A DNA stretch of 58,398 nt. Source: Thermodesulfobacteriota bacterium (GTDB taxonomy: Bacteria > Desulfobacterota > Desulfobaccia > Desulfobaccales > 0-14-0-80-60-11). Location of the stretch: NCBI GenBank assembly GCA_040756315.1, contig JBFLZI010000002.1:1-58398 (forward strand). Reading direction: 5' to 3'. The stretch's first letter is position 1. Each line of letters begins with the position of its first letter. The notes under the pieces were generated by a model, which worked only from the letters and a program-made list of their open reading frames with translations, had not been told where the DNA came from and searched no databases. The position numbers were made by a program, and so were the translations under genes. Shown here one piece after another: positions 18,304 to 27,273 of the stretch.

Positions 18304-20322
18304 TTAGGCAGGCACTTTTTTAGTAACCGCCTCCTCTATTTCTCTTAATTGGGTGCACCATTGGTCTATTTCCTTCAAAAGATCAGAGGGGCTGTTGGCG
18401 GCCAGAGTTTGGAAAAGCACCCGCCCAGGATGGAGGCCGGCTTCCACTAAAAGGGCCTGGGCCTGTTCCGTCCGCCAGTGGGCGTGAAGGTTGCCCCGGT
18501 GCGATCGGCAATTCTCCGGATGGCAGGCCAGCACCAGGACCCCGGCGGCCCCCATGGTAAAAGCCTTCAAGATAAAGTCCAGGTCGATTTTGCCGGCGCA
18601 GGGCAATTTAAACGCGGTGAAGCCCAAGGGGAGCACCCCCTGCTCCAGTTTCAGGGCTGCCTGGTAGGCGATCCAGGCTGAGTTCCGACACATGAAGGCA
18701 ATGATTCGGGGGTGGAGTCTGGGGTCCAGGTTTTCCAGCTCGGCGAACATCTGCTCATCGCTGTAACTGCTAAAGTGGATGGCGTTATTGGGACATTCGC
18801 TGGCGCACAGGCCGCAGCCCTGGCAGTCCAGGTCCCGGATCAAGGCCCGGTTGTCCCAGGTAATGGCTCCATGGGGGCAGAGGCGATAACAGGTGAGACA
18901 CAGGACGCAGCGGCCCCGGTCCACCGTGGCCTCGGCCTTGGGGCCGCGGCGGTGGCCCCGATCCAGGAGTTTGCTGACCTCCAGGGCGGTGGCCTTGGCT
19001 TCTGTCAGGGATTCAGGCAATTCCAGGACGCCGTGTCCCGGCCCCACCACAAAGATGCCCCGGCGGTTGGTGACCCCGGCCAGATGGTGCACATTCTCCC
19101 CCTGGAGAAACCGGGAAGGGGCCGGACCGATTTGCGTGAGGAGGGAGAGAAACTGGTTTTCGGGTGCTCCGTAATAGTTTTCCTCCACCACCACCACGTC
19201 AGCCCGAATCTCCAGGGGCCGAAGCAGGATAGGGTCCCGAAAGCCCAACTTTATGCCGTCTTTTTCAGGCACAATCTCAGGCGTCTCCTGAAGTTTATAA
19301 AGGAATAGTCCTGCGGCCAGGGCGTTCTCCAGGGCCTCCTCCAGGCCGGGCGCCGCCACCTGGGCCTGCCCCAGAAACAGGTGCACCTGCCGGTTTCTTG
19401 AAAGCAACCGGGAGGCTGCCCCCAGGGCGCGACGCAGACTCTGGGGGCAGGTGTCCCCGGCCAACCCCAGGAGGAAGGCGGCCACTCCCAAGGGGGGGTG
19501 ATCCGTCTCCGGTTCGGAAAGAAGGAGGCTTTCCAACTGGGTCTGGGAGAGGAGCCGGGGCTGGGGAGAGAGCCCATAGCCGGCAAAATTGGCAGTCAGC
19601 CTGAACTCCGGGGCCAGGATGACGGCCCCCACCCGTTCTTCCCGTAGGCCGGCCCCGGTCTTGATTTGCACCGTAAAGTTGCCCGCGCCTCCCGCCAGGT
19701 CCATGATGCTTGCCTCCCAAAGCGGCTGGATCAGAGCCTGGGCCTGGACCTGGTTGAGGAGGGGCATCAGGTCCGGGGGAGGCGTCTCCGGGAGGGCCGA
19801 CCCCGGCGCGGCCAGAATCACTTCATGATCCTGTTGGGCCAGCTCCAGGGCGGCCTGGCAAGCGGCCCAGGAGTCCCCCCAGACCAGGACCCGGGAATTC
19901 ATCGGAAAATCCTGGAATTCTGTAGGATGGGCCTGGGCTACCCGGGTGGCGGCCAGGTAAATCAACTCCTGGGCTTTGATGAGGACATATTTGGCGTGGG
20001 GATATTGCAGGGCCTCATAGAGGTCCACCAGAGCCAACAGCCCCGGGTTTAACCGGAATTTTTCCAACAATAGATTGATGGTAGCGCGTCCCCGCCAGAG
20101 CGGGTCCAGGCCCACCAATACTACCGGATGCCGTTTGCCTTTGAGCAAAAAGGCCCTCAGGCGTTCTTCCTGTTCAAGCTCTGGGAGGGCCGGGTCCAGG
20201 GCCAGCACCCTGGTCTGGGAGAGACCCGCGGTCCACAAGGCCAGTTCCGGAAAGTCAAACCAACCGACGTCGGTCTCAAAACTGTAAAGAAATATGATTT
20301 CAACAAGTTGGGCGAATTTCAT
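18304..20322 (-). CDS. multidomain Fe-S protein: about 450-aa N-terminal region of unclear family, 2x[4Fe-4S] ferredoxin domain, and C-terminal MvhD/FlpD domain
   Basis: 672 aa. Ferredoxin motifs CVLCLTCYRLCP and CQGCGLCASECP. The MvhD-like tail is IIAFMCRNSAW...LPCAGKIDLDFILKAF..GAAGVLVLACHPENCRSH. Confidence 0.7.
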   Translation of the reverse strand: MKFAQLVEIIFLYSFETDVGWFDFPELALWTAGLSQTRVLALDPALPELEQEERLRAFLLKGKRHPVVLVGLDPLWRGRATINLLLEKFRLNPGLLALVDLYEALQYPHAKYVLIKAQELIYLAATRVAQAHPTEFQDFPMNSRVLVWGDSWAACQAALELAQQDHEVILAAPGSALPETPPPDLMPLLNQVQAQALIQPLWEASIMDLAGGAGNFTVQIKTGAGLREERVGAVILAPEFRLTANFAGYGLSPQPRLLSQTQLESLLLSEPETDHPPLGVAAFLLGLAGDTCPQSLRRALGAASRLLSRNRQVHLFLGQAQVAAPGLEEALENALAAGLFLYKLQETPEIVPEKDGIKLGFRDPILLRPLEIRADVVVVEENYYGAPENQFLSLLTQIGPAPSRFLQGENVHHLAGVTNRRGIFVVGPGHGVLELPESLTEAKATALEVSKLLDRGHRRGPKAEATVDRGRCVLCLTCYRLCPHGAITWDNRALIRDLDCQGCGLCASECPNNAIHFSSYSDEQMFAELENLDPRLHPRIIAFMCRNSAWIAYQAALKLEQGVLPLGFTAFKLPCAGKIDLDFILKAFTMGAAGVLVLACHPENCRSHRGNLHAHWRTEQAQALLVEAGLHPGRVLFQTLAANSPSDLLKEIDQWCTQLREIEEAVTKKVPA

Positions 20323-20346
20323 AAGTCATTCACTGAGGAAATATTT

Positions 20347-21654
20347 CTAGTGGCCGGCACCTACTTGTTCCCTGATCTGTTCCGGGTCCGGGGCGCGGCG
20401 GCAAGTTCCCTCCAGGTAGCGATGTACTCTCCAGGCGGCCGCGGTGGCCTGGGCGATACTCTCGGGAATGCTCAGGGGACCTAGAGCGGCGCCCGCCAAA
20501 AAAACGCCGGGTTGGCCGGTGGTGGCCCGCTCCTCGGCATCCGCCGGTTGGAAAAAGCGCTCCGGCGTCAACTCCAGGCGCAGCATACTCCCTAACGTCC
20601 GGTTATCCTGTCCGGCCCCCATTCCCACTGCCAGCACCACCAGATCGAACTCTTCAAACAGGGCTTGGCCCGTGGACTCCTCCACATAACGGACCTTGAC
20701 GGTCCCGCCCGCGGTCCCGGCCACAATTCCCGGCAAGGCCCGGATAGTGGTGATTTCCTCCTGGACGGCGGCCAAAAACTTCCCGGGAGTTTGACCCACA
20801 TTCTGGAGGTCCATGTAAAAAGTGGTGACCTGGCAGTCCGGCCGGCGATGTTTAATGAGCCGGGCCAGCCTCAGGGTATAGGCGCAGCAAACCCGGGAAC
20901 AATAAGGATGGCGATGATTCCGGCTGCCGACGCACTGGATGAAGGCCACCCGGCTTAGCTGTCGGCCCCCACCCGGAAAGAGTTGTTCAAACCCATGGCG
21001 GAGCAGGTTTTCCAGCTCCACTCCGGTGATTACTCCGGGAACGTAACCGTAACCATAGTGACTCAGCTCCCGGGGATCAGCGGGCTGATAACCGGTGGCC
21101 AGCACCACCGCCGCCACCGTCAGGTCCAGTTCCCGTTCCCGTTGGTTCAAATCGATGGCCCCGGTGGGACAAAGGTCGGCGCAAACGCGGCAGGACCCTT
21201 CCAGGAAATGCAGGCAATGCTCCGGTAAAATGGCGTACCGGGGGTGATGCGGCACCTGGGAGGTGGTCATCACCGCCCCCGCCTCAGCCGCGGGACACTC
21301 GCTGGCGCACAGGCTGCAATTGATACAGCGCTTAGGGTCCACCAGCAGCGGCTGCCCCTTGAGAGTGCAGCGGAATCGGCCGTTTTCCCGCCGACAGGCG
21401 ATGAGTTGCGATTGGGTCTCGATCTTAAGACGCGGTGCGGCAAACAGGTCGAGGAGACACTGCTCCACCAGGCAGGCGCCGCATTTCTGGCAGGTGTCGG
21501 TAGCCTTGCAGGTGAAGTGCGCCGCCCGGCCTCCCAAAAAAGGGCCTTTTTCCGCTAAGATAACCGTGTGGCCCAGGCGGGTCAGCTCCAGGGTCGCGGT
21601 GATGCCGGCAATGCCACCGCCCAGGACCAACACCGGATTCTCTAAAGGTTTCAT
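20347..21654 (-). CDS. HdrA-like FAD-dependent oxidoreductase with Fe-S motifs
   Basis: Dinucleotide fold VLVLGGGIAGITATLEL, Cys clusters CQKCGACLVEQC and CINCSLCASECP, and CVGSRN..PYCSRVCC typical of HdrA. ATG 21654 preferred; the track start is 21696. Confidence 0.75.
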   Translation of the reverse strand: MKPLENPVLVLGGGIAGITATLELTRLGHTVILAEKGPFLGGRAAHFTCKATDTCQKCGACLVEQCLLDLFAAPRLKIETQSQLIACRRENGRFRCTLKGQPLLVDPKRCINCSLCASECPAAEAGAVMTTSQVPHHPRYAILPEHCLHFLEGSCRVCADLCPTGAIDLNQRERELDLTVAAVVLATGYQPADPRELSHYGYGYVPGVITGVELENLLRHGFEQLFPGGGRQLSRVAFIQCVGSRNHRHPYCSRVCCAYTLRLARLIKHRRPDCQVTTFYMDLQNVGQTPGKFLAAVQEEITTIRALPGIVAGTAGGTVKVRYVEESTGQALFEEFDLVVLAVGMGAGQDNRTLGSMLRLELTPERFFQPADAEERATTGQPGVFLAGAALGPLSIPESIAQATAAAWRVHRYLEGTCRRAPDPEQIREQVGAGH

Positions 21655-21716
21655 AATATTATCGCTTTTCCCCCAGGACCTCCAAGCACGCGACACCTAA
21701 AACCTGACACCTGCCC

Positions 21717-22601
21717 CTAGAGGCCCGCGGCTTTAAGGACCAGGTTGATCAGGTCAACCCGGCCCCCGGCCTTCAGATAAGCCCCCTCCGCCAGGTTTTC
21801 CGCCTTGATCCTTTTGAGAAGGCCGCCGGCCAGCTCCGCGGCCCGGCGAGAAAATTCCTCCCCTTCCAAGTCCTTCAGTTCCGACAAAAATTCCAGGGGA
21901 ACCCGGAAGACCTGGCGCCACTCCTCCGTGTCAGCCTGGGCTGCTTCCTCCAGGGAGAGGACCTTCACCGTAGCCAGAAGTTTAACGGGATTAGCGGCCA
22001 GGGACTGGCGAAAGGCCCGCAATCTCTCCAAATCAAAGACCGGCGGGGTGACGAAAAACTGCGCCCCGGCCTTGACCTTTTTCTCGAATTTCAGAAGTTG
22101 GGGCGCTAGCGGCTCGGCTTCGGGGATGACCACCGCGCCCAGGAAAAAGTTGGGAGCGCCGTCCAGGGTCAGACCGGCGCTGTCCCGGCCTGCGGCCAGG
22201 TCCCGGGCGATTTGCAAAAGCTGCACCGAATCGGCGTCATACACCGGCTTGGCGTCGGGGTGGTCCCCCAGGGTGACGTAGTCGCCGCTCACCACCAGGA
22301 CGTTTTCTATCCCCAGGGCCGCGGCCCCTAATAGCTCGCTCTCCAGGGCCAACCGGTTCCGGTCCCGGCAGGTGAGGTGCCAAAGGGGCTCTCCCCCGGC
22401 TTCTTGGGCCAGCCGGCTTACCGCCAAGGCCGAGAGGCGCATCCGGGCCTGCTCGTTGTCCGGCACCCCGAACGCGGTGACCCGGTCCTGGAGCGCGGCT
22501 ACCAGAGCCAGCATACCTTCCACCCGCACCCCCTTGGGGGGCTGGAGTTCCGCCACCGCGGCAAAGGCGCCGGAATCCAAGGCCTCCTTAAGCTTGCTCA
22601 T
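21717..22601 (-). CDS. metF: methylenetetrahydrofolate reductase (MetF, acetogen/SRB type)
   Basis: 294 aa with an MTHFR TIM-barrel-like sequence (CRDRNRLALESELLGAAALGIENVLVVSGD). Overlaps the metV stop. Confidence 0.85.
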   Translation of the reverse strand: MSKLKEALDSGAFAAVAELQPPKGVRVEGMLALVAALQDRVTAFGVPDNEQARMRLSALAVSRLAQEAGGEPLWHLTCRDRNRLALESELLGAAALGIENVLVVSGDYVTLGDHPDAKPVYDADSVQLLQIARDLAAGRDSAGLTLDGAPNFFLGAVVIPEAEPLAPQLLKFEKKVKAGAQFFVTPPVFDLERLRAFRQSLAANPVKLLATVKVLSLEEAAQADTEEWRQVFRVPLEFLSELKDLEGEEFSRRAAELAGGLLKRIKAENLAEGAYLKAGGRVDLINLVLKAAGL

Positions 22602-23274
22602 GAGCGCCGTATCTCCTCTTGTAGGCCGGGTGGATGACCTTCCCGGGGGTAGTGCGCTTTTGGTAAGGGTGCAGGGGCAAAATCCCCTGGAACTGTTCCA
22701 GCCGCCCTTGCCTTTCCAGGCGATAAAAAATGTCGCACCAGGCGCAGGTGTTCTCGGGATTCACTTCGCAACGCCCATTGAACATGCCGCCGCACGGCCC
22801 GTTCAACAACCCCTTGGGACACATGGTCACCGGGCAGATGCCTCCCGTCACCCCCAGGTAGCAGTGATTGCAGGCCAGGCACCGCTCCGCGTAATGGCCG
22901 GCCTCCAGATTGACGCCGATGAAGCTCGTGTTGACTGCCGGGAAGATAGGCTTCATGTAACACAACTGTCCCAAGTCCTGCACTCCGGCCCCGCAGGCCA
23001 TGGAGATAATGCAGTCATAGTCGGCAATGAAGTCGCACAGGGGCTGGATGAACTCCAGGTCACACTGGCGCTCCACGGTGATTTCCCCCACCTCGAGGTG
23101 CCGGCCTCTCAGGCCCGCCGCCAGCTTGAGCTGGGAAGCCAGCAATCCCACTTCTTTTTCTCCCCCCACCAGGCACACGGCCACGCAGGTGCCGCAGCCC
23201 AAGATAAGGATCTTTTCATAAGGGGCCACCGCGGCCGCGATTTCCGCAAAAGGCTTTCGTTCTGCGATAATCAT
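22588..23274 (-). CDS. metV: MetV-like zinc-ribbon/Fe-S subunit (MTHFR C-terminal-like domain protein)
   Basis: 228 aa with a Cys-rich tail CLACNHCYLGVTGGICPVTMCPKGLLNGPCGG..GRCEV. Located directly upstream of metF. Confidence 0.75.
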   Translation of the reverse strand: MIIAERKPFAEIAAAVAPYEKILILGCGTCVAVCLVGGEKEVGLLASQLKLAAGLRGRHLEVGEITVERQCDLEFIQPLCDFIADYDCIISMACGAGVQDLGQLCYMKPIFPAVNTSFIGVNLEAGHYAERCLACNHCYLGVTGGICPVTMCPKGLLNGPCGGMFNGRCEVNPENTCAWCDIFYRLERQGRLEQFQGILPLHPYQKRTTPGKVIHPAYKRRYGAHEQA

Positions 23275-23276
23275 GC

Positions 23277-23732
23277 TTAAATCCCACCTCCCTGCTGTTC
23301 CGGAAGGTCGGCTGCCGGGCGCCGGCCCCCTTTCAAAGGATTAGGGCCCAACGCCTTTATCCGGGCGGTCATCTCCCTGACCACGGCCACCCACTTGTGA
23401 GCATCCGAGGCGGCCACTTCGTACATCTCCAAGCGGCCCCGCCCCAAACCGATCTCTTCCAGCAGGTGTTGGGCGTATTCCACCCGCTCCCGGGCCCGAA
23501 GATTTCCTTCCAGGAAGTGACAGCTCCCGGCCTCGCAGCCGCTCACCATCACCCCGTCGGCCCCGGCCTCGAAGGCCTTCAAGATATGCAGCAGGTCGAT
23601 GCTGCCGGTGCAGAGGTATTTGACGATGCGCACCGTGGCGGGATACTGCATCCTGGCCGAGCCGGCGATGTCCGCGGCCGTGTAGGTGCAGTAGGTGCAG
23701 ACAAAGGCCAGAATTTTCGGGACCCAAGCCAT
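23277..23732 (-). CDS. mvhD: MvhD/FlpD-type [2Fe-2S] electron-transfer subunit
   Basis: ILAFVCTYCTYTAADIAG...YLCTGSIDLLHILKAFEAGADGVMVSGCEAGSCHF. Start set at ATG 23732, preceded by GGAAGGA. The track ORF extends to 23759. Confidence 0.85.
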   Translation of the reverse strand: MAWVPKILAFVCTYCTYTAADIAGSARMQYPATVRIVKYLCTGSIDLLHILKAFEAGADGVMVSGCEAGSCHFLEGNLRARERVEYAQHLLEEIGLGRGRLEMYEVAASDAHKWVAVVREMTARIKALGPNPLKGGRRPAADLPEQQGGGI

Positions 23733-23743
23733 ATTTCCTTCCC

Positions 23744-23778
23744 AAAGTTCAAAGTTCAAGGTTCAAGGTTCGAAGTTA
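23744..23778 (-). repeat. tandem heptamer repeat in the hdrA-mvhD spacer
   Basis: Plus strand reads AAAGTTC AAAGTTC AAGGTTC AAGGTTC GAAGTTA. On the mRNA this is (GAACYUU)x4, ending 11 nt before the mvhD ATG. Confidence 0.7.
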
Positions 23779-23781
23779 ACC

Positions 23782-26700
23782 TCACGATGCCGCCATCTCC
23801 CCCAGGTCAATGGCGCAAATCTTGGCAATGAATTGCCGGTCCCGGCTGTGCATTACTTCGATGGCCTTCCGGGGACAGGCGCTGGCGCAACTGCCGCAAC
23901 CATGGCAGGCTGCCGGGTCGATGTCCACAACGCCTTCGGCCACATTAACCCGGGGCACCCCGAAGGGGCAGGTGCGCAGGCAGGTCAGGCAAAGCACGCA
24001 GTGCTGGGGGTCCACCGCGGCCACCGCGCCCCCCACCCACATCACTTTCCGGGCTAAGATGCCCAGGGCCCGGGCCGCGGCTCCTTGGGCCTGGGCGATG
24101 CTCTCGTCAATGAACTTGGGACTGTGGGCCAACCCGCACAGGAAGATGCCGTCGACGGCTAAATCCAGGGGCCTGAGCTTCAGGTGCGCCTCCATCAAGA
24201 AGCCGTCGGCATCGAAGGGCAGCTTAAAGACTTGGGCGATCTCCCGGCTCAGGGGGTGGGGACGGGTGGCCGCGGCCAGGGTCAAATAATCCACTGTCAG
24301 CCCCAGGGTGGCTCGGAGATTCTGGTCGAAAACCGAAACTTGGAGGCCCTCCCCGGCGGGGGTCACCTCGGGCTTACGATCAGTCTCATAGCGGATAAAT
24401 TGCACCCCTAAGTCACGAGCCTTTTTGTAGTACAGCTCTTTTAAGCCATAAGTGCGGATATCCCGGTAGAGAATAAATACCTGGGCCCGGGGGTTGGCCT
24501 CCTTGATTCTGATGGCGTGCTTGATGGCCTGGCTGCAGCATACCCGACTGCAGTAGGGGTGCTCCGGCTCCCGGGAGCCGACACACTGGATCATGGCCAC
24601 CCTGGGCGCGCCCTCCAGGAGATGCGGCTCCCGGTCCAGAAGCTGGTCCAACTCTATTAAGGTCAACACCCGGGGATGCTGGCCATACATATATTCGGAG
24701 GGCCGGTATTCGATTCCACCGGTGGCGATGACCGCCACCCCATAGGCCAGTTCCCGCTTTTCCGTGGGGTACTCCAGCAGGCTCCTGAACTTGCCCACCT
24801 GCCCGGAGAAACTTTTTACCCTGGTCAAGGGCCACCAGCGGATGCGGGGATGCTCGTCCACCCGGCGGAAGCATTCCTGAATGTAGGCCTGAACATCATG
24901 GCCCTCCAGGGTAAAATGGACTTTGTGGGCCAGCCCTCCCATGCCGTAGTGGTCCTCCAGGGCCGCCAGGTGCACCTGGTAGCCGGCGTCGGCAATGGTC
25001 AAAGCCGCGGTCAGGGCCGCCAGACCGTTGCCTACCACCAGGGCGCTCTGATTCACTTGGGAGGGAATTTCTCTGAGGGGGTCCAGGAGCGCGGCCCGGG
25101 CCACTGCCATTTTTACCAGTTCCTTGGCCTTCGCCGTGGCGAGCTCAGGTTCGGCCTGGTGTACCCAGGAATCCTGGTCCCGGATGTTGGCCATCTCAAA
25201 AAGGTACTTGTTGAGTCCGGCTTTGCGCAGGTTATCCTGAAAGAGCGGCTCATGCGTCCGGGGACTGCAGGAGGCCACCACCACCCGGTTCAGCCCTTCG
25301 GTTTCAATCACTTCCCGCATCTTTTCCAGGGAGTCGGTGGCGCAGGTGAAGGGATAATGGTGGGCATAGGCGACCTGCGGCAAGGTTGCGGCGTATTCTG
25401 CCACCCGGGCCACGTCCACCACCCCGGCGATATTGATGCCGCAATGGCAGACAAAGACCCCGATGCGGGGCTCCTCCGTAGCTACTTCCCGTTCCGAGGG
25501 AAATCCCTTCTTGGTGAGGAGAGTGCCCCGGGCCTCCCCCAAGAGAGCCGCGGCCGCCGCACTAGCCGCGGAAGCCTGGACCACGGTCTCCGGGATATCT
25601 TTGGGAGATTGATAAGCCCCACAGGTGAAAATGCCTTCCCGGGTGGTGGAGACCAGGTGAAATGGCTGGTTTTTCACAAAGCCGTAAGGGTCGGTCTCGA
25701 TGCCGCAGACCTGAGCCAATTCCCGGGCGGCCGGATGGGGGCTTAACCCCACTGAGAGTACCACCAGATCGAATTCTTCCGCCTGGATGCTACCCGCTTC
25801 ATCCGCATAGGCGATTTCCAGATTGCTGGTGCGGGGGTCCTGGGTCACCCGGGAGATCATGGAGCGGATAAAGCGTACCCCGTGCACATCCCGGGCCCGT
25901 TCGTAGTAGCGATCAAATCCCTTGCCCTGAGCCCGGAAGTCCAGGAAAAAGATGGCGGTCTCCACCTTAGGGTCATGTTCCCGAGCAATGATGGCCTGCT
26001 TGGCGGCATACATGCAACACACATAAGAGCAATACTCCCGTCCGATGCTGGCGTCCCGGGAACCCACGCACTGAATCCAGGCGATTTTTTTAGGGTCCGT
26101 CCCATCACTGGGCCGGCGGACGTGCCCGGCGCAGGGTCCGGTGGCGGACAGCAAACGCTCGAATTCGAGAGAGGTGATCACATTGGGATAGCGGCCATAG
26201 CCGTACTCGGGCTTTAACCGGGCGTCAAAGGGCCGAAAGCCTGGGGCCAGGATGACCGCGCCCACCTGGATCTGCCGTTCCGTGTCTGACTGAGACAGGT
26301 CCACCGCCTGGGTCGGGCAGAATTTCTCACAGGCCCGGCACTTGCCATCTTTTTGAAAATAAATGCAGTTGTCCTGGTCGATGGCGTACTTCAAGGGCAC
26401 CGCCTGGGGATACCGGATATAGACAGCCTTGCGGAAGGTCAGGCCCTCGTTGAAGGCGTCTTTCACTTTTTTGGGGCACTTTTCGGCGCACACGCCGCAG
26501 GCGATGCACTTTTCCGGGTCGATGTAACGGGCTGGCTGAAGGAGCTTCACCGTGAAGCTGCCCGCCTCCCCACTAACTTCAGCCATCCTGGCGGGGGCGA
26601 TGATCTCGATGTCCGGGTGCTGGGCCACCTCGATTAATTTGGGGGAAATGAGGCAGGTGGAGCAGTCATTGGTAGGAAAAGTTTTATCCAACTGGGCCAT

Positions 26701-26865
26701 GACCCCGCCGATGGAGACGTCTTGCTCCACCAGATAGACCTTGAAACCGGCGCCGGCCGCGTCCAGGGCGGCCTGCATGCCGCCGATGCCGCCTCCCACC
26801 ACCATGACGGCCCCAATTTTTCCCTTCTTTTCTTTGAGAGACATGGGGCATCTCTTACTAAACAT
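23782..26865 (-). CDS. hdrA: heterodisulfide reductase subunit A-like flavoprotein, extended 1027-aa form
   Basis: VVGGGIGGMQAALDAAGAGFKVYLVE, FPTNDCSTC, CVGSRD...YCSYVCC, and four ferredoxin-type CxxCxxCxxxCP motifs. A second Rossmann-like segment (VVGNGLAALTAAL) and a second CVGSRE..PYCSRVCC are also present. Confidence 0.9.
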   Translation of the reverse strand: MFSKRCPMSLKEKKGKIGAVMVVGGGIGGMQAALDAAGAGFKVYLVEQDVSIGGVMAQLDKTFPTNDCSTCLISPKLIEVAQHPDIEIIAPARMAEVSGEAGSFTVKLLQPARYIDPEKCIACGVCAEKCPKKVKDAFNEGLTFRKAVYIRYPQAVPLKYAIDQDNCIYFQKDGKCRACEKFCPTQAVDLSQSDTERQIQVGAVILAPGFRPFDARLKPEYGYGRYPNVITSLEFERLLSATGPCAGHVRRPSDGTDPKKIAWIQCVGSRDASIGREYCSYVCCMYAAKQAIIAREHDPKVETAIFFLDFRAQGKGFDRYYERARDVHGVRFIRSMISRVTQDPRTSNLEIAYADEAGSIQAEEFDLVVLSVGLSPHPAARELAQVCGIETDPYGFVKNQPFHLVSTTREGIFTCGAYQSPKDIPETVVQASAASAAAAALLGEARGTLLTKKGFPSEREVATEEPRIGVFVCHCGINIAGVVDVARVAEYAATLPQVAYAHHYPFTCATDSLEKMREVIETEGLNRVVVASCSPRTHEPLFQDNLRKAGLNKYLFEMANIRDQDSWVHQAEPELATAKAKELVKMAVARAALLDPLREIPSQVNQSALVVGNGLAALTAALTIADAGYQVHLAALEDHYGMGGLAHKVHFTLEGHDVQAYIQECFRRVDEHPRIRWWPLTRVKSFSGQVGKFRSLLEYPTEKRELAYGVAVIATGGIEYRPSEYMYGQHPRVLTLIELDQLLDREPHLLEGAPRVAMIQCVGSREPEHPYCSRVCCSQAIKHAIRIKEANPRAQVFILYRDIRTYGLKELYYKKARDLGVQFIRYETDRKPEVTPAGEGLQVSVFDQNLRATLGLTVDYLTLAAATRPHPLSREIAQVFKLPFDADGFLMEAHLKLRPLDLAVDGIFLCGLAHSPKFIDESIAQAQGAAARALGILARKVMWVGGAVAAVDPQHCVLCLTCLRTCPFGVPRVNVAEGVVDIDPAACHGCGSCASACPRKAIEVMHSRDRQFIAKICAIDLGEMAAS

Positions 26866-27191
26866 AAGAGGGTGGAAAAGAAATGACTATCAGATGATTT
26901 CTGATTCTTTTGTCAAAAGATTTCTTACAACCGGAGCTGCCCATCTTTGAGTAATATTGGGAAGGTAATCTCTGTTTTTTTAGCAAAATATATACCAGGG
27001 GCTAAATCTTACCCTTGACCAGAACCGTCCCTGGCCGGCCTTCTTATATCCATTTGGGAAACCAGGGTCCCGGAGGCGGTATGACCGAAGTTCTCTAAGG
27101 AACTTGGTGAGACTCTTAAAGGGTGCATTTTGCCCCCACCCCAACTCCGGATAATGGCGGGGTAGGTTAATCAGCCACGCAAAATCTAAGT

Positions 27192-27207
27192 TGGCATAAA
27201 AACTGCT
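27192..27207 (+). promoter_or_regulatory. candidate sigma-54 (-24/-12) promoter
   Basis: TGGCAT-AAAAA-CTGCTT. GG and GC have the canonical 10-nt separation. Lies about 65 nt upstream of the first ATG of the NifX-like/MinD operon, and a sigma-54 activator is encoded in the same array. Confidence 0.55.
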
Positions 27208-27273
27208 TCTGGCATTTTCAGGAGTCTTTGAAATTGCGGCAGTCAGGCGGAGGGGTGAGGAAGAGCCATCCCC

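Noticed and set aside
23744-23778. The tandem repeat, considered as a CRISPR-like or minisatellite array
   Set aside because: The units are 7 nt with no spacers and span 35 nt in total inside an operon spacer. This is not CRISPR architecture.
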